From the NCBI GenBank assembly GCA_964016885.1, contig OZ024746.1, forward strand, positions 81,282,001 through 81,346,000: DNA of 64,000 bases, written 5' to 3'. This DNA comes from Eledone cirrhosa. Lineage: Eukaryota. Positions 13,252-23,309 of the stretch are shown here, piece by piece. The stretch's first letter is position 1; the number at the start of each line of letters is the position of its first letter. Both the position numbers and the translations under genes were made by a program. Below the pieces are notes generated by a model. It was not told the origin of the DNA, did not search any database, and saw only the letters and a program-made list of their open reading frames with translations.

Positions 13252-13437
13252 GGTAGATTGGCAGTATCGGTAGAGAGTCGGACGCCATGCCTTCCAGCAT
13301 AGAGTTATGTCCCTTTACGAACTGAGTTCAAATCCCGCCGAGGTTAAATTTGCCTTTCATCCATACAGAGTCGATAAAATAAAGTACCAGTAATGTATTG
13401 GGTAATTGCTGGCCTTGTGCCAAAAGTAGAAACAATT
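13252..13437 (+). mobile_element. Family M SINE, near full length
   Basis: gattggcagtatcggtagagagtcggacgccatg...gagttcaaatcccgccgagg...gtagaaacaatta. Confidence 0.9.
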
Positions 13438-13805
13438 ATATTTAGATGGCATGGTTTTGAAATTCTCATGAGTAGAGAATATATTTATGAAATTTTAATA
13501 TTTAAAATGTTTAAAGTGTTATTAAGAATATAGTTTTTGTCTGATAATTTTTTGCCAATTTTGACAGCCATATTCTTTCAAAACATATCAAAAACAATAG
13601 AAATTCCACCTCCAAAGAGAAATGTGAAACTGTTCTAATATTCACCTCCAAAGCGAAAATATTTTAACACCTCATTTATGTGGAATTTTGAAGATGGTAA
13701 AAATCGGTAAAATATTGAGCTCGGATACAAGCTATCTCCTCATTTTACCATCAAATTTTTTTTTTGTCATATATCTCTTGGCTTATATACGAATATATAT
13801 GGTGC

Positions 13806-14032
13806 TTAACCCTTTAGTGTTCAAACCGGCCAAAACCAGCCAGAATTCTCTACCCTTTTCTGTTGTAACTGGCTGTAACTGGTCACTCAAACTGATGTTA
13901 AGGTATTGTTCTCAAAATAAATACTTTCAAAATCTCATAGATTCGATATTATGTGAGATATTATGTGAGGTAAAGCCTTTACCATGAAAATATAATAGTA
14001 TTTATAGAATAATGTGAATGCTAAAGGGTTAA
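13806..14032 (-). mobile_element. piggyBac-like MITE, family 1, copy B
   Basis: Reverse complement of 8161-8388 with few mismatches and the same TTAACCCTTTAG termini. Confidence 0.85.
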
Positions 14033-14479
14033 GGTGACTATTAGTTTTACATGATATCCAGTTTCATGCTGTACCATTTTGATAACATTGCAGAACTATA
14101 ATACTCAGATATAATAGCTACCTAAAGTTTTGAACTAATTTACTGTTGTAGAGTTATGCAATTTATCAATCTCTAAACAATTTCAACACTAATGTAATTT
14201 ATTTAAAAGTATAGTTAAAGTTCCTTTAACTATACTTTTTGTAGCATTGGGTATATACATATCAGTATGAGTTATTAACTCTGCCTTTTATTTGTATATA
14301 TATATGCATATGTGTACAATAAGTAATGTTGACTAAATTCTTTTATATTCTGATTACTTTTGTATCCGTTATATGTATTATACTGTAGAATTATTTTGTT
14401 TTCTGTAATATTCTTGTATGTGTGGACTTTGGAATAGGTTTTTTTTTTAAATATTACTTCCATTGAGCTTTTACAGAAC

Positions 14480-14752
14480 AACCATCATTTCCAATAATGA
14501 GTGCTCCAGCTGAACTGCTTACTAGAGTAATTAATGTGTAAGTGGCTAAGCATTCCACAGATATGTACACTCTTAACATAGTTCTCTGGGGAGATTCAAT
14601 ATGATACAATTTATGACAAGGCTGGTTACAAATAAAACTCGATTTTTTTCAAGATTAGTGAACTGCGGCAATGCGAAATAAAATTTCTTCCGCAAGACTC
14701 TAAATCTTGCAATTGTGAGCTGAACACCCTAATCACTAAGCCACATGCCTTT
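14480..14752 (-). mobile_element. Older tRNA/CORE-like SINE
   Basis: aattaatgtgtaagtggctaagcattccacag...ccctaatcactaagccacatgcc. Related copies at about 42400-42688 (-), 39307-39670 (+) and 57245-57560 (+). Confidence 0.7.
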
Positions 14753-14780
14753 ACACATACACACATATATATATATATAT

Positions 14781-15164
14781 ATCACAAAAAAAAAAAGAGA
14801 ATCAGAGTTGCGACGAATGGAATTTATTGAACATATTACAATCATTTCTCTGGCGACCAGCTCGAGGCACGATCGATGTGATGATTGAACCTGACTCTGA
14901 AAATCACAAGGTCCTCAGGTACGTCTTGATTCTACGAAGCATCAAGACGTATTCTGAGGACCTTGCAATTTTCAGAGTCAGGTTCGATCATCACATCGAT
15001 CGTTTCCTCGAGCTGGTCGCCAGAGAAATGATTGTAATATGTCCAATAAATTCCATCGTCGCAACACTGACTCTCTTTTTCTGTGATATCATACTCTGCT
15101 CTATAAGAGCATCGAGTGCTCAAATGGCCTACCACCGCATACGGACGCTTTAAGCATCCAACAC

Positions 15165-15168
<4 letters not shown>
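14781..15168. mobile_element. Palindromic CpG-rich element between (TA)n tracts; probable Penelope-like inverted pseudo-LTR remnant with hammerhead-like motifs
   Basis: Arms ~14779-14930 and 14941-15089 are reverse complements with about 10 differences around the loop TCTACGAAGC. The inverted repeat is seen directly; the Penelope assignment is inferred from the CTGAGGA...GAAA-TGATT-GTA motif. Confidence 0.65.
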
Positions 15169-15199
<31 letters not shown>

Positions 15200-15201
<2 letters not shown>

Positions 15202-15545
15202 TCATCATCATCATCATTTCATTTTACGTCCGCTTTTTCCCTGCTTGCAAGGGTAGGACGGGAACTGATGCTGGCTTGATTTCTACAGCTGGATGCCCTT
15301 CCTAACACCAACCTCATTTACAGTGAGTGCTGGGTGCTTTTTTGCCGCGGCACCTGCACGACCACTTTACAGTGGAATGATAAGGACCTCAGTCCCTATC
15401 ATCTCATTTCTACAGCTGAGTAAACTGGAGCAATGTGAAATAAAGTGTCTTGCTCAAGGAAACAACACATCACCCGGTCTGAGAATTGAACTCACAACCT
15501 TTCGATTGCAAGGCCAATGCTCTAACCACTAAGCCATGTGCCTCC
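15200..15545 (-). mobile_element. tRNA-derived SINE 'family T' (tRNA head, CORE/V-like domain, RTE-type tail)
   Basis: Reverse strand: ggaggcacatggcttagtggttagagc...gtgagttcaattctc...ccttgagcaagacac...gcggacgtaaaatga(gat)n. Closely similar to 44069-44460 and 57835-58206. Confidence 0.9.
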
Positions 15546-15599
15546 ATATGAATATATATGAATATATATATATATATATTCATATACAAACATATATAT

Positions 15600-16460
15600 T
15601 TACAGAAAAAGTTCAGAGAGCTTATACCACTATTGGCCATTAAAGGGTTCTCTCTAAAAATGAAAGCAGACTGTATGATGCCTGCATATGAACAGCAATG
15701 TTACATGGCAGTGAGACATGGGCATTGTGTGCAGAGGATCTGCGCAGACTGGAGAGGAACGAAGCATGCATGTTCCGCTGGGTGTGTAATAGTAATATAC
15801 GTGAACAGCAAAGCATAAATGAATTAAGTGAGAAATTAGGTATAAGAGGGATCAGATGTTGTTTACTCGAGAGAAGACTACATTGGTATGGTCACGTGAT
15901 GCGCATGAAAGACGACAGCTGTATAAAAAAGTGCAGGGCGATCAAAATTGACGGAAGTTACGGAGTAGGCAGACCCAGAAAAACCTGGGATGATTTGATA
16001 AATTCCAACCTTATACACTTACACCTCTCTAAGACAATGTCACTGGACCGAGATCTTTGGTGCTACGCAGTAATACAGAAGACCCGCCTTGCCTAAGTAC
16101 AAAGCGAAACTTACAGTCAGTAGGCACCTCTTAATCAAATATACACGCCCCTGACTACCCCACCCCCATCAACACTACCCCTTTCTCTGTAAAGTTATGT
16201 TGGCACCACAACATCCAGTCCTAAATAAATGAGGTCGTGTAGGTGTCACAACAAAAAAACACACAGTCCACGCTGTAATGTGGCCGTGTAGGTAACACGG
16301 TAAAAACCTCCCAGTCCACACTGTGAAAGTGGTTGGTGTTAGGAAGGGCATCTAGCCGTAGAAAACCTGCCAGACAGTCCCATACGAGCGAGACGACCAA
16401 TCTTGCCTCAAGTCTAAATCCGTGCTAGCGTGGAAGATAGACGTTAAATGATGATGATGA
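15600..16460 (+). mobile_element. 5'-truncated RTE-clade LINE (RT C-terminus, 3' UTR, (GAT)n tail)
   Basis: KKFRELIPLLAIKGFSL, a frameshift, then RLYDACI*TAMLHGSETWAL...RRLHWYGHVMRM...GRPRKTWDD, all typical RTE motifs. Ends in gacgttaaatgatgatgatga. Confidence 0.92.
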
Positions 16461-17040
16461 TATTTACACACATATCTATCTACATACATATACATACATA
16501 TACATCCACACACACACAATATATATACTACACAAATTTAGTTTTATTAGCTTCAAAATAGATCTTATCTGTTTGCATACTGAAACTAAGATAGATAGTT
16601 ACATTGTAATAAAGTCATTTTACACCACTTAAAATACATTAATGTTGTCACATTACAAACTTTCTTTTCTGTTTTTCTTCAATAGTATTGTGCTTAGTAT
16701 CAGCATTTCATCATATATTTACAACCTGAGCACTGATATTTTGCTGTTTAGCTCAATCCCAGGTGTCATCCATCAGACCGATGTTAAAAGATGTTCCATT
16801 TGCAATTATCCTATCATTTTTTCAGATATAGTGTATTGTATACTAACTTACTCAATGTGTGCTTCCTTTTTTTTTAAATAGTGGGTTGGATATGAGAAAA
16901 ATTCATCTTCTTTGTTTAGCTGGTCAAACCACTATATAAATGTTGCCTCATTAGCTTGGTGTAACTGTGCTTAAATGCGTGGTGGTATAAAGTATTTGTG
17001 ACCAAATTGTAAATGTGCCAGTAACAGGCGACTTTGGCAT

Positions 17041-18415
17041 TAAACTCTTTCATTTTCATATTTCTGATGAAAGACACTACTTATGTTTATCAAATTATTT
17101 TGAAAATAATCAATAATTTTGGGTATTTAATAATATAACTAAACCTTCTTATAGTTGTTTGGAACATAACAAGGGTTCTTACAAAAATTATGGTGGACAA
17201 TCTTTAAAATAAACAGTTTTATATTATAAAACAAGATTATAAAACAAGTGGTGGTTTCAGATGGTTTGGTAAAAACGAATTCACAAACTGACCACATTAG
17301 AAAATATGTTTTAAATGGTTAAAATGACCAGAATGGGGTAAACAAACACATAAAATATTACAAGATTAAACATTTTTCTATTTATATAGACAGAACTATA
17401 AAGTACTGGATGACAGAAAGAATCACAGAAAATGATTGTAGGGTCATTAGGTATTATTTCAAGTTAAAAATATGGAGATAACATATAGAATTAATATACT
17501 TGGGATAACATTTGACACATATCTTTCTTTTTTTAACTAAATTTTAAGTTGATATGAAAAGGCAAAAAATGAGGAATTATGTAGAAGTATTCTTACCAAG
17601 TCCACTATCTGAACTTTCTTGTCTTGAGTGTAGGTCTGCCTGATTAGTGTGTCCTAAAAATGGATCAGCGACTGAAGTCATTTCACTAGTTTGTGGGATT
17701 TGTATTTCAGATTCAGGATGCATCTGTGCTCGGAGCAACAATTCCTTCAAATTAAAGAATAAGAAGAACAAAATACCATATTTGAATGATGTGCACTTCA
17801 GTCATCAAGCTGAGTCACACAATTTAATTATTCATTAGAAGTTGTATTCAGTTTCTTAAATGTTGATCAAAATATCACTCTTACATTACCATGCTTCTAA
17901 TGAAATATACAGCCTATAATTTTCAACTAATTTTGAAGATTATCAAGAATTTCGAGAAATTTAGTAATATAACTAACTTTCTTAATATCAAGCTGGTGTT
18001 TGGAACATAAAATGTTCAATCATAAAATTATGATAGTAATTTAAAATATATACATGAACACTTTAAAATAAATGGCGTTGTACGATAGAACTACTGGTGG
18101 TTTCGAGCAGTTTGGTATCAAAAGGGATTAAGAGACCAGCATTTGGCAGTTTATTTGTTGATTTTACAACTTGAGACTTAATCCATTTGATACCAGCCTG
18201 CCGAAAATTATTTTTGGTTTTATGTAACAGTACTATAAATTTTAAAGGGTTCCCATTTAAATTAAATCATTCCAATATTATTTTATATAAGAACGATTTA
18301 TTACAAATACTATCTTATTAATGGAATAATTAATAATTTTAGTAAATCCTTCAAAACTTTTCACTAATTAATTGAAATACAGTGTATGTCAACAGAAATA
18401 TTGTAATGAAAGGGG
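17041..18415. mobile_element. Three degenerate copies of piggyBac-like MITE family 2 (~17041-17275 +, ~17875-18130 +, ~18178-18415 -) around the degron exon
   Basis: Shared tttgaa(a/g)ataatcaa...tttagtaatataact...tttggaacataa...tggtatcaaaaggg(a)ttaa. Further copies at about 37800-37935, 39065-39306, 41157-41215 and 62935-63178. Confidence 0.65.
17597..17744 (-). CDS. YAP1: YAP/Yorkie exon: end of coiled coil, LATS site HxRxxS and DSG phosphodegron
   Basis: tttgaag|GAA TTG...GGA CTT G|gtaaga. ELLLRAQMHPESEIQIPQTSEMTSVADPFLGHTNQADLHSRQESSDSGL(G) matches the YAP/TAZ DPFL...HSRxxSTDSGL region. 148 nt, phase 0 to 1. Confidence 0.97.
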
Positions 18416-18874
18416 AGTAGCGCTGACTTATGTTGAAATGAACAGTTCACTTTGGTATGGTATGGTATAGTATTGATTTTTTATTTTGAGCAGTACCAGA
18501 AGTAGGAAAAGAAAATATTCAAATAATACTCTAACATGAGTGAATTCATTTGTGTGGCAAAAACAAGATCATCGGTACTTTGATAAATTTAGAACTAGTG
18601 TAACTACATCATCTCAAGTGTGACACACTGCACATTTTTGGGGCTAGTTTACTTGTGTGGCAATCAAAAAATCACAGGTATTTTGATATATTTACAACAC
18701 TCTACAAATCTTTTCTTTTTCTTTTTGGAAGAGTATAATTAAAGTTTTATCAGTTCAAGAACAGTTAAGAGTATCACTAGACACAATGAAATTTGACTGA
18801 TAGTAAGATATTGGCTACTACAAATATCTTATAAAAAAAACTACAACAGTTGATTCTTCATATCACTTAATAAT

Positions 18875-18976
18875 TGTTTCTACTTTAGGCACAAGGCCAG
18901 CAATTACCCAGTTCATTACTGGTACTTTATTTTATCGACCCCGTAAGGATGAAAGGCAAAGTCAACCTCGGCGGGA
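18875..18976 (-). mobile_element. 5'-truncated young family M SINE with 18-bp TSD
   Basis: A perfect direct repeat TTCATATCACTTAATAAT at 18857-18874 and 18977-18994 flanks a consensus-like SINE 3' half. Confidence 0.92.
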
Positions 18977-20640
18977 TTCATATCACTTAATAATGTTGCC
19001 TCTCAAGGAAAAAAAATATATATATTACAGTGTTACTAAATATCTAAGATGTAAAGATTAATATTTGAATTTGGAAATGTAGCTTGTGAAGGAAAACTAA
19101 TTAAATTGACTTATTTCCAATTAACACTGAAAAGATATGAGCCTAATGATTATTGCTATCACAATTATCAAATGGACTAGAAAATTATTATTTATAACAA
19201 TACTGCTTTATCTTAATGTGTGATATTAATAAATCAGGACAATAAAGAAGTTATTGTATTTAAACAAAATGATCAGGTGTTACATTCAAGTTGAATTTAT
19301 TTTAATATTTTTGTTATTGTGTATTCAGGGTAGGAAAGAAAGCACACCGAAATCTTTGCAGTTTTAGAGCCTCCAAAACTGGTGGGAGGAAAGAAGGAAG
19401 TTATCCTCAAATCAAACCTAACCTGAATAATTGAAATAGAGTGAACTCCACTAAAGACACCCAAAGACCAAGAGGTGGTGTTACACCAGGCGATGGATTA
19501 AGTCTACCACCCAAGAACTCAGAATGCAAAGAGCTAGAACAAATATGGCAAAGCATCTTATCCAATATTCTAACAGTTCCACCAAACCTTGGACAGTATT
19601 TTATTTTACCGACCACCAAAAGGATGAAAAGCAAGGTTGACCAGAAGAGCAGAAATAATACCACAATGTATTTTGTCCACCTCTGTAATGAATCAACATA
19701 TTTACTGCCTAAAATATATTATATTTTGCTAATAAATATAAGTAATCTTTGATTTTCATATTACTTTTGGGCTATACAGTGCATATTGATGGATTGTTTC
19801 TATAACTCTTAAAGGAATCAACAGGTTTTATATATGTCTTGGATATATTACTAATATTATTCATCTCTACAGTAACCCCCCCACTAAAGGAAGTTTAATG
19901 AATCCTTTATTAGTTATTCAACAATAGGTTGTGCTCCAACCATAGTCCCTATTTTCAACTTAATAAACTGGGTCATTGACTGCCAAGTACCAATGTTATA
20001 TAGTGCACTATTGGTTATATGATAGAAATCACCAGCTCTTTCACCAGTAGTAATAACACAGACAGCTGTGACTCATTTTATATGTTCCTGTGCATGCATG
20101 AGTATGTGTGTAAATATGTATGCTTTCACACACACACACACACACCCAAGCTTATTATGATAGAATTAGGTAAGATAGCTTTGCTAATTCAGTCAGTTAT
20201 AGGGGTTTTACAACTGGTAGCCATTTCTCTACTAGTCAACTTTAAAAAGGAGAGTTATATGTTTCCAGCTATGTAGATAGCCATTTCCCACACATGTCAA
20301 CTTTAAAGGAACAGATATATATTTCCAGTTATGTAAACTAAGTCAAGAAGAATAATATTGGTAAAGGTATGATGTAATCTTCTATGATGGAGTTCAAACT
20401 AACAGCCTATGTGCCTTATTGGCATTTATTTGTGCTCCTATAGTCTCATATTAACTTATACTGACATACAATTCAGATGATGTCAAAGACAATGATGATG
20501 ACAATGACAACAATTATGATGGCAATGAGGATGTAATGATGGGGGGGGGGGGGGGGGGTTTATAATGATGATGATAATGATGGTGATGACGATGATGTTG
20601 ATGATGACCAGAACAATGACAATCATGAGTGAGCAGATAC

Positions 20641-20900
20641 CTGTCGTGTGATCTCTTCTGCTCGTTTTTTAAGTTGCTCTTTTTCCAAAGCTAGATTTTG
20701 TAATTGCTGAATACTTGGTGCCATTACTCTCTGACCCTGATTAACTTGGTTGTTACTGTTAGTGTTATTAACCACTTGAGGTGGTCCGCCAGGTGACTGT
20801 TGCTGAGGCTGTGGGCCTGGCGAAAGTTTTAATGACTGCGGACTTTGACCAGGGTTTTGTACTCTCACTCCCTGGACTGGTTGTTGTTGCATGTGAAGAG
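20641..20900 (-). CDS. YAP1: YAP/Yorkie exon: Q/P-rich region and coiled coil
   Basis: tttgcag|CT CTT CAC ATG...ACA CGA CAG|gtatct. (P)LHMQQQPVQG...IQQLQNLALEKEQLKKRAEEITRQ resembles the YAP coiled coil ([21 protein letters not shown]). 260 nt, phase 1 in, phase 0 out. Lies within track ORF 20623..20952. Confidence 0.95.
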
Positions 20901-20903
20901 CTG

Positions 20904-21010
20904 CAAATAAATAAATAAATAAATAAATTAAATAAATAAATAAATTAAACAAATAAATAAATTAAACAAATAAATAAATAAATAAACAAATTAAACAAAT
21001 AAATAAATAA
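20904..21010. repeat. (TAAA)n-like repeat forming the acceptor tract of the coiled-coil exon
   Basis: An imperfect aaat/aaac array directly adjoins the acceptor CAG at 20901-20903. Confidence 0.9.
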
Positions 21011-21439
21011 AAGTTAGCATTTTTTTATAAAACACCTAGACATACATATTATTGTTCAATGTTTTCATACACTGAAACATACTGAACATTAGCAAAGTTT
21101 AGTCAAACATTAGTGAATTGTACTATTTTCTATCATCTGATCCAAACTAAATAGTCTGGTATTGTGAAAAAGCTATTGACACTAACAAAAGAGGTTATAT
21201 TATAGCCAGGCCAGCTACTGTGTATACAAGTCATGCTACTCTAGTAACTGGCTCTTATAACCCAGTTACAGATCATGTTTAACTGTTGAACAACTCTCTG
21301 CCATTAACATGTATTTTATTTTTATTGTGACAACAATCTAGATATTTTTAACATGTCTAATTAATATATTTCCGTTGCCAAAATTATAAAAGCTTTTATT
21401 TAGTCTTCATTGTTATTGCTATAGAATATGATATATATA

Positions 21440-21483
<44 letters not shown>

Positions 21484-21629
21484 AGTTGTGTGCTATGCCA
21501 CCATTATATCTATATATACAGCACAGATGTAACCAATGTGGAAATCTATACACACCTTAAGGCAGTCTTGGTTACCTCTGTACTGTATATTTAGATAGAA
21601 ATTTATCATAGTGTGTGTGTGTGTGTATG

Positions 21630-21793
21630 AAAAGATTTAGTACTGGTGGCTTAGTTCGGATCTAGCTGTCGAAACAGCCGGAGCTCAGCCGTCGGGGTCC
21701 TGAATCTTTTCATATTACCCATTCTACTACCCCAGGTATTAAGTACTTTGGTGTGTTATGGTCCACCTGGTATCTTACCACACCCTTTTTGTT

Positions 21794-21795
<2 letters not shown>
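21630..21795 (+). mobile_element. CpG-rich TE remnant between microsatellites, possibly a Penelope-like 3' end
   Basis: gctgtcGAAAcagccggagctcagccGTCgggg followed by unique sequence ending in (TA)n/(TG)n. Confidence 0.4.
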
Positions 21796-21867
<72 letters not shown>

Positions 21868-22599
21868 CACCCACACACACATCCATTTGCCATTGAAACA
21901 GCATGAGCTTAGCTGATGGGTACTATATTATATATATATATATATTAAACCCATGCTAGCGTGGATGATAGACGTTGAACGATGATGATGATGATGATGA
22001 TGCTATATATATAGTACACATATTTGACTATAAAGATTCTTCTCATAAAACTGAACCCTTCCTATATTTCAGACATCAAACTAACAGCAGATATTTGCAG
22101 AAGATTTCAATTACAAATGGAACTAATTCTACCCCCAACAGCTAAGACCAGCAATATTTACCTAGCTAAGCTATATAGCATCTGTACTTCCATATGGTGT
22201 CAGATTTTGGGACTGAGAGTCAGTATCATCTTAATTTACAAGTAGTTACCTCAATACACATTAGCTTATATATCTAGCATCTGCAGGAGAAAGAACAGTT
22301 AGTTTTTCTATGCACATTTTGCTCAGTAAACCTTCTTTTAAGATACATGATGTGTGAGTTCTTATTAGACATAGAAACTTCAAGTTGTGACTTGTACTCA
22401 ATTACTATTGTACCCAACACAGAAGCAAGTATTACAATTATTTAAATTCCTCTGCATCATTTCAGTTCAGAAATGTAAAAATATACTAATTGGATTTTTA
22501 CATACAAGTCGAACCAATAAACTTAAGTAAATGGTGCTATCCAGAAAACAAAATGGGCTGTTTTGTTTTTGTTTTGTGGGAAGAATACATATTATTGAT

Positions 22600-23200
22600 C
22601 ATCATTATCATCATTATGACCATTTTTCCACACTTGCAAGGGTTGGACAGGTCCATTACAGCACAATATCTCTGCACTCATCACAATTCTTCAATGTCTC
22701 CATTGTGAGTTTCAGCAATTTGAGATCAGCTCTCACCACCTCTGCCAAGGTCATCTTTGGCTTTCCTCTACTGTGGCTTCTTTCCACAGTGATTTCTTGG
22801 TACTTCACCCAGCAATCACTATTCATACACATCACATGTCCATACCAACACAGTCTTCTCTCTTGCACACTACTTCTGATTCCTCTTATACCTAGTTTTC
22901 CTCAGCATGCTTGCTTCATTCCTTTCCAGCCTATGTATACCATCCCACGTTTCAGAGCCATGCAGCATAGCACTTTGCACATATGCGACATACAGCTGGC
23001 CTTTCATTCAAAGAGAGGAACCTTTCGTTGTCAACAGAGTTAATAGTTTCCAAAACTTCTTCAACCTATTCTTATTTTCAGAGCACCCTCTACCTAGAGA
23101 GCAGAAGCTATGAACCCCTTCTATGAATCCTTCCTGAAAAAGATTTATGTCATTGCCACAGTTACTATCAACTAAACCTGAACATCTACACACCAAGTCT
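22600..23200 (-). mobile_element. Degenerate RTE-clade LINE fragment
   Basis: Minus-strand KKFWKLLTLLTTKGSSL...MLHGSETW...QERRLCWYGHVMCM...SRGKPKMT, ending in a (GAT)n-like tail near 22600. Confidence 0.88.
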
Positions 23201-23248
23201 ACCTTTCCAAGGTTATAGTAGAAGGTGCAATGAAATGAGACTGGACCA

Positions 23249-23309
<61 letters not shown>

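Noticed and set aside
14827-15153. Overlapping ORFs on both strands sharing TIDVMIEPDSEN
   Set aside because: This is a by-product of the palindrome; I recognise no protein similarity.
15293-15532. Repeated ORF ...FLQLSKLEQCEIKCLAQGNNTS... (also 44097..44480 and 57918..58205)
   Set aside because: It is the antisense translation of family T SINE copies, not a gene family.
17597-17615. DSGLG rather than DSGLS as a broken beta-TrCP degron
   Set aside because: Vertebrate TAZ also has DSGLG and is regulated through it, so this is not unusual.
20216-20338. ~60-bp imperfect tandem duplication (similar short duplications at 18549-18700, 35202-35253 and 39738-39835)
   Set aside because: Ordinary local duplications with no further structure.
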